Shown in pieces: positions 1 through 10,483 of a stretch of DNA of 64,000 nucleotides (the stretch's first letter is position 1; the number at the start of each line of letters is the position of its first letter). The stretch is from Selaginella moellendorffii. Its lineage: Eukaryota; Plantae; Lycopodiophyta. The notes under the pieces were generated by a model that searched no databases, was not told where the DNA came from, and saw nothing but the letters and a program-made list of their open reading frames with translations. The translations under genes and the position numbers were made by a program. The stretch covers positions 1,292,841 through 1,356,840 of the forward strand of contig NW_003314304.1 in the NCBI RefSeq assembly GCF_000143415.4. The letters run 5' to 3'.

Positions 1-1760
1 TGGTCCGGTGGTGTTGTGTAGTCGTCGTATTCTTCGCAGATGTACAATACTGGTTCGTCAGAGTTAGCTCGCGGTAATAATTTGTGTCAGATGTAGTTCT
101 CTCTCTTGTTTCTAAATTCTTCAAATCTCTATCTAAACTTTGGATAAGCCGTTGTCGGTCTTCTTCCGACTTGCTGGATGTTCTTTATGGTTTTGGATAC
201 ATGCATTCTTCTACTGGTTGTTGGTGTCAGATTCGTGTCTGCAGTCAATCATGCAGTTCGGGCAGAACTTCGGGAAGACTGTCGACGGGCCAATTGTCGA
301 TAAAGTCATTGTGAGGTTGTTATTTCTTTTCTGTGCAAATATTGATAGTGGTGCGTGTTGGGTTGGGTTGTGTTCAGCCGAGTTGTGTTGGGTCGAGTGT
401 GCTGGTGTAGTATGCAGACTGGTCTTCCACTTGCTGGTGCCGAGATGGAGTTTGATGAAGAGTTTCGGATATTTGGGTTTGTCTGGAATGATTTCTTTGA
501 TAATGTCGTCGAGTTGTTCGAGTCCGGATTGGGCGATGGCGTGATTGGCGAGAGTTGTTGCAACGAACGTGTTGATTTCGAACCGAGTTCAGACTATTGT
601 TTTGGTGCTGAGCTGCTGACTCTATCGGAGGGGTTGTCGAAAAATTGGTGGTGCATTGTCAAGTTGTCCCTCGACAAGTTCTCTGATACCGGGTAATAGA
701 GTGATGGGTTCGTCGTTGGTGTAGGTTCTGAGGATGTGCTTCAGTATTTGGAGTGGACGCAGGAATTGGAATTGTGTCGGAGCGCTAGGATTGCTGGGTC
801 GACGACTGCACGGAAGATGAGTTCGTTTCAGCAGTGGTGTCGGTTTGTGTCGAGCGCGCTGGTTGAGGTCTCGAGCTTGGAGTGGGTGGTCTTGTGCTCG
901 GAGATGGAGTTCGCCAATGAAGCTGTTGAGGGCGTCCGCTGATGAAGGTGCTGGTAGATTGGAGTTTCTTGTCAAAGAGGGCTGTTGGTGGTCTTTGTTG
1001 GTGATTGGACTCGGAGATCGAGAGAGAGAGAGAGCTTTCAGATTCTGCAAAGATCTCCTCTGGGAAGGGTCTGCCTCTACTGCGTTGGGCGGCGATCGCT
1101 TGGATGCCGTTGATCCATATTGGTGATGGCATTTGTTTGTTGTATTTGGGCGAATTGGGTGGTGAATTGGGTAGCAAATTGGGTGGCAAATTGGGTAGCG
1201 AATTTTGGCGAGTTGGGTAGATTGCTTGATCATTCTTGCTATCTGCGCACAAAGAATGGAGAAAGAATGGAAGAATTTGTGAACCTAAAGGGGAATTCAA
1301 AAGCCGTGGTTGCCAAATGAAGAGGTGTGAAAACTCCTCTTCACTGGAAATCTATTGTTAGTAAGAAAACAAAAGAGAAAAAAGCCCGATCTCCAAGGGC
1401 AGAGAAGAAGCACGAATAAAAGAATGCTATGTATTAATAAGAAAAATGATGGAATGGAGATAGGGATCCACAATTCGGATTCCCCCTTTTGAAAGGCTAG
1501 CAGTTCTAACTGCTAGCATATACTATATGCTGTGCATGATTTAATCTATGGCTACGATGCAGCCCTGGGTTCAAAGTCGGAGTCCCCTGAGCCTGGGTTT
1601 TTGGTTAATACACGATGCGTCGAGTGTAGTGCTTTGCGTAAGCTTGTGGGTGTGACTAGGCTAGTGGAGTCATGTTTTAAAGCTTTTCCTTGTCCCTTAC
1701 CATGCTCGCAGTGCCTCAACATACCCATGAGCAGTTGAGGGACTTCTTCGAACCTCACAG
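1..1760 (-). mobile_element. 5' part of a decayed LTR retrotransposon: 5' LTR about 1318-1760, PBS 1304-1315, stop-interrupted internal region running off the left edge
   Basis: The minus strand starts TGTGAGG at 1760 and ends ...CCTCTTCA at 1318, followed by TT and TGGCAACCACGG, which resembles the complement of a tRNA-Arg 3' end. Broken Pro/Ser/Thr-rich ORFs follow. The element abuts the start of the 1.76/2.89 kb duplicated block. No RT motif lies in the window. Confidence 0.5.
1152..1220. repeat. 12-bp tandem repeat, (G/A)AATTGGGT(G/A)G(C/T), about 5 degenerate copies
   Basis: gaattgggtggt gaattgggtagc aaattgggtggc aaattgggtagc read directly. Confidence 0.8.
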
Positions 1761-2322
1761 ATCCTTGTGTTGTATCATCGCCTCGCTTGCCATGCTTCTT
1801 CTCTTGTCAGCCATCAGCTATGCAGAGTCTAAACCTGCAAGCAGCTCTTAAGGAATTGTTTGCTCTCACCTGATGCTCGATCAAGGCTCTCACAACGTAC
1901 TCGGGACTAGACTACAGTGGATATCACTGATGCAACAAGCTTTAGGTTCCGAGTCTAAGTTAGTTGCACCAACTCAAAGATGTTCTGTTTTGTTTCATGG
2001 TTTTGAACATGGTTTTTCTATAGGAACAAGCATCAGACTGGAAGCTTTTGGGTGGTGTCTTGATGAATTAAGCTCCCCGAGGGTTTCATCTTGCGAAGAA
2101 GAGAGAAACAACTACCCCCAACCTTCAGCACTCTTGACATTTCCAGATGCCTTGCAACTCGAATCTCTTGGGCAGAACGCACTGGTGCTCTTGAGGGGGG
2201 TGCCTGGATCAAATCAAACTGATGGGAAACATTCGCGTGCCAGCTGAGCGCCATGCCCAGAATTTCAAGAAACGATTCATGAAAGTAACAAACACGTTAA
2301 CAAGCTATTAATGCATAATTTG

Positions 2323-2410
2323 GACGGGAACCTGTTGGCCGGATATCTGGCTCGAATAAAAACAATTATTGGCAAGGTCACAGGTTCGAACCCACAGCCA
2401 GAGACCCAAT
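2323..2410 (+). mobile_element. tRNA-related SINE-like element, copy 1
   Basis: A-box-like TGGCCGGATATCTGG and B-box GGTTCGAACCC. The T-stem does not pair, so it is not a tRNA. Repeated at about 3430-3518 and inverted at 3821-3851. Confidence 0.45.
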
Positions 2411-3429
2411 TAAATTTTACTTCGCTTGCGGGTCTTTATGGAATTCGCTGGAGTGCTTGAGCAGCAGCAGCAGCCACGATGATCATGGTCAGTGTGTCGA
2501 TCTAGCCCAGACTCTTCCTTTTGCTTTAAAGTCATGCTGGAACGCGTCTCAGCATTGCTCGCTTGAACGCCAACAGGTTTGGACGAGGAGAGGAGCTTAA
2601 ACTTGCAGCCCGCGTGACTCGCAATGCAGCCTTGTCTACGAAGGTATCATTGCATTTCAGCTAGAGGGGGTGTCCAAGTTTGAATCCACCACTAGCTCCT
2701 CCTACATGCTTCGTCAAAATAGCGAATGGCCGAGGACTACTGACAACCTGGATAACGATACGCTGCTCCACACTTTCGAGCAGCGTTTGACTGCCGCGCT
2801 TGTGCCAATCTCATGTAAGAAAGAGTGGAGCTGAGCGAGAGCGTAGCCTTTCTTCTCTCTAGTTTCTCGCAGTGGCTTGACGTGGGTCCTTGCAGATCAT
2901 TGTGTTGTATCATTCCACCGCTTGTCATGCTTCTTCTTTGCTCTCACCTGACGCTCGATCAAGGCTCTCACAGGCTGCAGTGAATAACAAAGGAATCACT
3001 GGTGCATCAACCCTCAGGTTCTGAGTCTAATCAGTTGCACCAAATCAGGGATGTGCCTCTCGTGTTTTTGGGAGTGAGTATTTAATTTCATGGTCTTGAA
3101 CATGGCCAGAGGATTTGATCTTGCAAAGAAGAGAGAAACAAATAAATACCCCAACCTCCAGCACTCTTAACATTTCCAGATGCCTCTCAACTCTGCTCTT
3201 CAAGAGGGTGGTTGGATCAAATCAAACTTGCTCATTTTCCAGAAACTTTTCTTTTTCTGAGAAACAAATTTTGCTCCAAAAAAAATCCTGGAACCAAGAA
3301 GAGAGGCTTGGAAACGTTCGCGCGACCTTGCCCACGTGATTGATACGGAACAAGAAATCAGCACGCGTGCCATTCACTCAAAATCAAGAACAAGCGAAAC
3401 ACTTTAACAGGCTATTAATGTTTAATTTG

Positions 3430-3518
3430 GACGGGAACCTGTTGGCCGGATATCTGGCTAGAATAAAGAAATTTATTGGCAAGGTCACAGGTTCGAATCC
3501 ACAGCCAGAGACCCAATC
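3430..3518 (+). mobile_element. tRNA-related SINE-like element, copy 2
   Basis: Near-identical to 2323-2410, with B-box GGTTCGAATCC. Confidence 0.45.
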
Positions 3519-3559
3519 AAAAAATTTTGCAACGCTTCTCCCTCCTTTGCATCTTGCAA

Positions 3560-3747
3560 GCTACTGTGATCAGAGCGAGGTCTTCTGCCTGCAGTCATCT
3601 CGGGATGAGAACTACTTGTCGTCCATAGCCCAAGACTACAGCATGTCCACGATCATGGAAAACTTAAGATGCTTGGTGGATCTGCTGGGGAGATCTGGGA
3701 AGCTGGACAAGGCCAGTGTCGAGCCAAATTTCAGCGCTGGAGAATGA
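3560..3747 (+). pseudogene. PLS-class PPR C-terminal relic
   Basis: Translation DYSMSTIMENLRCLVDLLGRSGKLDKA resembles the S2/E motif (HY.C.VDLLGRAG.L..A) of intact PPRs in this window. Confidence 0.55.
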
Positions 3748-3848
3748 AAGAGTGGGGAAAAGTCCGATGCTAGTTCGACCTGTCCTCTGGGCTGGAGATC
3801 ATGACTCACAGCCATTCGAAGGTTGTGGATTCGAACCTGTGACTTTGC

Positions 3849-4840
3849 CAAACGCACAAATTATCCAATTCTGACATTGGGAGGTACTGACAATAAATAA
3901 TAATACTGGGCTTTCAAAATTTGGTAATTGGAATGAGTACAATATAAATCTCTTAAGGAAGATTCATTAGAGGGCAAGTCTAGTGCCAATAGCTATAGTA
4001 ATTCTAATTCTAATAACATGTTATTATAGTTAAAAAGCTCATTTGGATCTCAGGACAAGATGAATGGTTTCCCTATATGCACTAGTCACCCCATTCTATG
4101 AGTCAATGATGCTAATTTGATCTTTACTGGCTAATGTGGAGTCGACAATGTTATTTTGAAAAAATTAAAGTACCCAAAACAGACTCATACTCTAAATACA
4201 TTAGTATGGAGTAATGTAATAGGACTCTGATCCTGTTGTGTTGGTCTCCAAGATATGAGTAATGATTAGTAGGGACAATTGGGGGCATTTGTACTCTATT
4301 GTTAGAGATGAAATTCTTAAGCATTTGCTGAGGATGCTTTTATTAATCAAGAATGAAAGTTAGGAGCTCAAATACGATTAAATACCATTTTAGTCTTAAC
4401 CATAGATGATGATGATTAGGGATTGGCAGATGTTATTTGGATAACAACGCCATCACCTCATGAAAAATCAAAGTCTTTGAGTTCCAAGAGGAGTATAGTT
4501 GCAAAGCTAAAACTTAAAGGAATTGATGGAAGGGTATTATTTGGAGTGAAGCTTATGGTTGGATGAAGAAACTTACTAAGTTTAGACATAGTAAAAATTA
4601 ATACATTAAGAGCTCTTTCTTGATTCTATAGGTGGTAATTTCTTAGTTGGTGAAGTGATTTGTTTGGTTAATTTTATTAATAAACAAGACCTCAACCTAG
4701 TAACTAGTGTTTTTTCCAAACTAGCTTCTTAGAGAGGCTATTTACTTTTGGTGGATAGAAGTTTGAAGCAATAATAGATTTGTGATGCCCTTAGATGTTT
4801 TGGGCTGCACATGCACTACATTGATGAACTCAACAAGTGT
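3849..4840 (+). pseudogene. 18S rRNA pseudogene fragment, 5'- and 3'-truncated and AT-eroded (copy 1)
   Basis: Degenerate 18S landmarks: aaattatccaattctgaca, gagggcaagtctagtgccaatagc, aaacttaaaggaattgatgg, tgtgatgcccttagatgttttgggctgcac. Confidence 0.93.
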
Positions 4841-6144
4841 ATGCCTATGTCAATATTAAAACCTTGACATTAACATTGGTAGAGTTGATATTAGAGTGAA
4901 ATGAGATATTTCTTCATAAGTATAATGCCAAAGATAAATTTTTGATCTATAATTAGTCAGATAGTTAGTGATTAATTAAGCCTCATTGGAAATTGATAAT
5001 TTGCTTCACTAGTTTTGACAAAGATAATATTGGTGATTTGGTTGTAACTTTATGTTGTTAATATTCATGCATTTGCTAGTTAGCAATTATACTGGCATTC
5101 AATAAATTGAGTGGTAAGTTGGGTTAGCTATATTATAGATGAAATTTTTTAGTAGGGTTGAGTTTTGGCTTTTCTTTGAAAAGTGACTTAATTAGTTAGT
5201 TTTGTAAAATGAAGAATTAGTGATTAATACTTAAATTGTTAGATCCTTGTTGGTTTGAGTTTGAAATTATTGATTATTGATGATTCTCATTGCACTTGTT
5301 ATAAAGTGTGTTACATGTTAAAATTTATAAAAGATGGTTTGGTGATCACTTGTCGAGCATGGCTTTTAAATTAATATAGATATACTCTTTATTAACTTTT
5401 GCATTATGAAGTTTTAGCCTGTGAATTTGCTAAGGTGGAAATTATAGGTTATATCATGATTTCTTTTTAAACATTGAAATTAGTCAGTATGAAATTTATG
5501 ATTGTTATTATATAGGATTTAGTTATAAACTTCTTTGAGCTTTTAGTTCTTGATAATCTGGGATAGTTAATTATCCTTATTAAATATTATAATTAATTAT
5601 TATTGCTAATAATTATATGCCATTCTATTCTATTTGGCAATGATTATCAATAATATAACTTATTTAAGTTAATACATTTCTCACAAAATATGAATATCAT
5701 AAATTTTTTTCTAGAGTTGTTTCTTTAGCAATGGTCTCAAGTGTGCATCAACAAGAATGTCAATCTTTTTAAAGGGGGGAGAACATATCATAAATAGTAT
5801 CAAAAGTTGTCTATTAGTAAAACTTTTTGAATATTTTTTTCTTTTTTTCTTTTTTTATGGCAGAAAGGTTAGTATTGTTAGACTTTTTATCAATCTCCAC
5901 ATAAGCTAGTTAAGAAATTAATTAATATATATGCATTTAGACCAAAAAGGCACTAAAGAAAGAAATCCTAGCTGTGATTGAGAATAGGTCATCATTGTCT
6001 CGCCATATCCAAGTCGACATCTGATAATCTATCACCTATTGAATATATTGAGAGACTAAGCTCAATATTGCAAGGGTTTTCAACATTAGCAAATGCAAAT
6101 TAACAATATAAATTTTTCATCACCAATGTCCAATATGCTATAAA

Positions 6145-6845
6145 CAAAGTTGGAATGCCTTCAGAAGTGACTGGAAAGGGGGGTCTGCTGCACCGACAAG
6201 ATACATAACGATCATAATCCTTAAATGCAAGGAGGTTTGTTACAGCTACCAAGTCTCTCCAGGTGGGTTTGTCCTTTATGACAAAGTGAACCTACAATTA
6301 TGAACACAGAATAACAAAGGCATGTCTAATCCGCAGCTTACTTCAATGGACACTTTAGCACTTTTGAGTGCCTTTGGTATGCTTTCTACAGCAATCCTTG
6401 CCGCTTTATCCAGAGGAAACCTGAAACACAATGCGAACTCAGTATACAAGAGGTAAGGTGTGAGTACAAACCCACCATAGCCGCACAAGATAGCTGGGAA
6501 CGCTATGTGCTTAACGCCCTCCTTGCAAGCAAGTGTTATAGCGTTCCTGTAATAGACAAAGCACAATGTATCAAATTTGCTACACACTCTTGTAAGTGAG
6601 ACCAAGATATTCAGCAGCTTCCGTGTCCCTGTCTTTGTAGAATTTTGGGCCTTGCATAACAATGATTTTAGGTGCTGGCAGTCCTCCTGAAGGGCTGAGA
6701 AACAAGTCCGTTAAAAGTTTTAAAAGGAAATGAGGAAAGACAGTTACGAAAGGAACCAGTAGCAAACCACAAACCAGTAGCAATACATATTTCTGAAAAG
6801 AGAAAAGCGCATGTCAAATGCCAAACACCCCTTTGCTTTACCTAT
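6145..6845 (-). pseudogene. Partial extra copy of the macrodomain 3' exons
   Basis: Repeats about 6957-7663 (GLPAPKIIVMQGP, HIAFPAILCGYGG, FPLDKAARIAVES). It lacks the 5' exons, and a deletion next to the small-exon donor shifts the phase. Confidence 0.8.
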
Positions 6846-6939
6846 CCTAAGTTATAATTTAGCAATATTGAGCTCAGTCTCTCAATATATTCAATAGGTG
6901 AGATATTGACTTGCAAGACAACAATGACCTAGAATATTC

Positions 6940-9138
6940 TCAATCACGGCTAAAAAAAGTTGGAATGCCTTCAGAAGTGACTGGAAAGGGAGGTCTGTTG
7001 CACCGACAAGATACGTAACGATCATAATCCTTAAATGCAAGGAGGTCTGTTGCAGCTACCCAGTCTCTCCAGGTGGGTTCGTCCTTTATGACAAAGTGAA
7101 CCTACAATTTTGAACACAGAATAACAAAGGCATGTCTAATCCAGGGAAGCTTACCTCAATGGACACTTTAGCAATTTTGAGTGCCTTTTGTACGCTTTCT
7201 ACAGCAATCCTTGCCGCTTTATCCAGAGGAAACCTGAAACACAATGCGAACTCAGTATACAAGAGGTAAGGTGTGAGTACAAACCCGCCATATCTGCACA
7301 AGATAGCTGGGAACGCTATGTGCTTAATGCCCTCCTTGCAAGCAAATGTTATAGCGTTCCTGTAATAGACAAAGCACAATGTATCAAATTTTGCTACACA
7401 CTCTGGCATACCTGTAAGTGAGACCAAGATACTCAGCAGCTTCCATGTCCCTGTCTTTGTAGTATTTTGGGCCTTGAATAACAATGATTTTAGGAGCTGG
7501 CAGTCCTCCTGAAGGGCTGAGAAACAAGTCCGTTAAAAGTTTTAAAAGGAAATGAGGAAAGACAGTTACATGATATCCAAGCCAGTAAAGGAACCAGTAG
7601 CAATACATATTTCTGAAAAGAGAAAAGCTCATGTCAAATGCCAAACACCCCTTTGCTTTACCTCTGTGTATCTGACCTCCAACAGGAACTACAATAGCGT
7701 CATTCTTTCCGTCTACAAACCACTCTTTTATGTCCCCGTTTTTAATCACGAACTTGCAAGAGCCGACTTTACAAACAAGCTTGAGGTCCTTTTCCTGATC
7801 AAAAGCCACTAAATCTCAAACCACAAACTCGGATAAACAAACAAAACGAGAGGTAGATTTGAACCTTGAGGTCCATCACTCTTATGCAGGGGTCCCTAAG
7901 AGGTCCGGGCTTGCAAGAGGTAAAGGGTTCGGGTACTTGAGGGTTCCCATTGACTGAAAACAGAAACAAGGTTATATAGCTATAATTGATGTACTGTACG
8001 TACCTAGGGGAAGGAAACCATCGGGTCTAACATCATATAACTCCGTCGCTTGTTCGTCTTCAGACTCATCCGGGTCTTCAGGCACATCTTCATCTTCAGA
8101 CTCAGATTCGTCCGCAGGCTCGGGATTTATATCGACTGGGTTTTCCTCTATGTCCTCTGCGGCGCTGTGTAGCTGTCCACTCACCTCTTGAGTCACTCCA
8201 TTGGCCACTTTCTGTCGCAGCAGCTCTCCAACAGGAACTACTGCGAATGTCCTGCAATCATCAGACCCTACATCGGCAATCTGGCGGCAAGCTTCCTCGA
8301 GGCCCTGTACTAGTTCGCCCATTACAATCTCGTTTGCGGATCAGAAGCATACAATACTCACAAGTGCGTCGATCCGAGTGGTGAAAACGCTTGTAAAATC
8401 GCTATCCATGTGATAATTTAGGTGTCTCGACGCAACGATTAGGTAAGTGTCTGCCGTAGTCAGCCGCTCCTGTGTGCACACACTTTCAGAATAACAAATT
8501 TCAACAAAAGAGTAAGTACCTTGTGGTAATAAAAAGGTAGACTGCTACTTTGCGGGGGGCTAGCATTTTTGAGACGGTAGAGAGAACTTGGACGGGTTAG
8601 CTTTTCGTCCTTCCCACTTCGGCACAGTATCACCAACGCAAGGGCCTGGCCAAATACATACACATGCGCGTCTCCAAGCACCACCACCAAGGACCTGTTT
8701 TGCGCACACCAATCCTATAAAACCAAAGTAAACATTCACAGAAACAGCAATAATCCATCTGACAAGAAGAGAGATTACCACATACCCGGCAATCTGATGA
8801 TCCTACCAGAGCCCGCAGCTCTTCATTCATCCTGCAAAAGAACCACCGATATTTTTTTGAAAAGTACAATGCACATACTCTTACTTTGTGAATGCGAGCT
8901 CCAGAGCTCGTGGAGTACCGAATGTTGACAGCTCCAGAGATGCTCGAATGTGATCCATGAGTCGAGATCGGCGTAACTTGAGAAGTTCGAGATGTACAGA
9001 ATAGAGGTGCACATCTCTTACGTCCGGATAAGCTGCATGGAAAATTAGCACAACTCGCTCCTGCACTCTCCCTAGCTCTGGCAAGCACACGATACGTGCA
9101 GTCGCATCCTGGGGCGGCTCGACTATCACTGCCTCCAT
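6940..9138 (-). CDS. Multi-exon gene: degenerate PP2C-like domain + acidic linker + degenerate macro (A1pp/MacroD-like) domain, copy 1
   Basis: A hand-spliced GT-AG model stays in frame from the ATG at 9138 to the TGA at 6940. Macro motifs: GDIKEWFVDGKNDAIV, LPAPKIIVIQGP, IAFPAI, FPLDKAARIA, VHFV. PP2C-like motifs: ALELAFTKMNEEL, VILCRSGKDEKLT, DTYLIVAS, GSDD. Confidence 0.65.
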
Positions 9139-9463
9139 CGCCACAGCACAGCCCTAAGCCCTATAGCCTTTTTACGTTAGAGTTATATTGAGTTTGCTTG
9201 CTTAATCCTTCGCCTTTGCGCAAAGGAGAGCTCCATTTCCCTGTTCTAAGCTCTGGAGCTCGTTTTATTGGGAAAAAGATATTCTAGCTCTGAAAGTTTC
9301 TACTTACGAGCCAATGATGCGAGTGGCATGGAGAAATCCTTGTGGATCGCATCTACTGGCGAGCTAGAAGAAGAAGAGCAACAAAAACTTGTTCAAGGCT
9401 CTTTCTAATCCAAAAAGGCATGAAGCCCAGCTGTAAAGGTGAGTTCACCTTTTTCTCGTTTCT

Positions 9464-9473
9464 CTATATAAAC
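9464..9473 (+). promoter_or_regulatory. TATA box of the GDSL gene (duplicate near 18715)
   Basis: CTATATAAAC about 45 nt upstream of the ATG at 9515. Confidence 0.5.
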
Positions 9474-9514
9474 GGGCTTTCCGTAATAGGTTCTCTCGTG
9501 AAGGTTTTGGCGAG

Positions 9515-10483
9515 ATGAAGACGTCGTCGAAGATTTTAGTGTTCTTGTTTGCGATCTTGGCTCTCTGCGCGTGCGTGTATGGGAGGTCAGTTCCTCAGCT
9601 GCGGACTATCTACATGGGAGACTCAATCTTTGATGTTGGAACTAACAAGTACGTGAAGAACTCTGTTTCTCGTTGTGATTTTGTGCCGTATGGGAAGACA
9701 AGGTATAACCAGCCATCAGGAAGGTGTAGCGATGGGTTTCTAATTCCAGATCTGATAAACAAAGTGATCGGTTTGCCCTTTTCAAAACCATTCTTGGGCT
9801 TGAAAGGTGGGAGCCAACTTCCACTAAGCATCAACTTTGCGTCAGACGGTAGTGGACTGCTTGATTCTACTCACTCCGACTGGGGTGTCGTGTCGTTTAA
9901 TGAGCAGCTAAAACAACTTGGACAGCTAGCCAACAAGATCCCCATGATGAATCTCAATGACTTTGTGGTTGTGATATCTTCGGGTGGCAATGACATTGCG
10001 GCAAATCTTCAAAACCTTGCTAATGTAGACTTGGAAGCAATGCTAGTGTTATTGGAGAAAGGCTTGGAGCAACTTTATAAATATGGATTCAGGAAGATTG
10101 TCTACTCTAGCCTTGGGCCGTTAGGCTGTGTGCCTATTGTCACGTCGGATGGAAATTGTGTGAGAGAGATCAACGATTTAGTAGAACAATTCAATTGGCA
10201 AGCTCGGGCGATTGTTTTGGGGGTGGCAAAGAAATTCCCAGGGATGAGAGGTGCATTTGTTGACGGCTATTCACTGATCAAATCGTACGTGGAGAACCCA
10301 AATAAGTTTGGATTCCAGAATGGAGGGGGTTGTTGCCCCAATTGCCTATCACACAAAAATACCTTGAGCGGGCTGTGCAGGAATCCAAGTGATTATGTTT
10401 TCTGGGATTTAATTCACCCAACAGAGCACACGTACACACTAGTGACGAAAGAATTCATGAAACAAATCAAGAAAATCTTGTAA
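9515..10483 (+). CDS. Secreted GDSL/SGNH esterase-lipase, intronless
   Basis: Signal peptide, GDSIFDVG, GRCSDG, INFASDGSG, GGND, FWDLIHPTE. Confidence 0.93.
   Translation: MKTSSKILVFLFAILALCACVYGRSVPQLRTIYMGDSIFDVGTNKYVKNSVSRCDFVPYGKTRYNQPSGRCSDGFLIPDLINKVIGLPFSKPFLGLKGGSQLPLSINFASDGSGLLDSTHSDWGVVSFNEQLKQLGQLANKIPMMNLNDFVVVISSGGNDIAANLQNLANVDLEAMLVLLEKGLEQLYKYGFRKIVYSSLGPLGCVPIVTSDGNCVREINDLVEQFNWQARAIVLGVAKKFPGMRGAFVDGYSLIKSYVENPNKFGFQNGGGCCPNCLSHKNTLSGLCRNPSDYVFWDLIHPTEHTYTLVTKEFMKQIKKIL

Larger units (their letters stand above)
1759..3530. repeat. Diverged direct duplication, about 1759-2420 versus 2893-3530
   Basis: Shared blocks cagatc(c/a)ttgtgttgtatcat, ctctcacctga.gctcgatcaaggctctcaca, ggatcaaatcaaact and ttggacgggaacctgttggccggatatctggct. 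Confidence 0.85.

Noticed and set aside
2323-2410. Intron-containing tRNA gene
   Set aside because: The T-stem (ACAGG/CCACA) and acceptor stem do not pair; only the promoter boxes resemble a tRNA.
4840-5960. LINE or copia coding relic after the 18S fragment
   Set aside because: Probably eroded transposon DNA, but no RT, integrase or endonuclease motif could be read in any frame.
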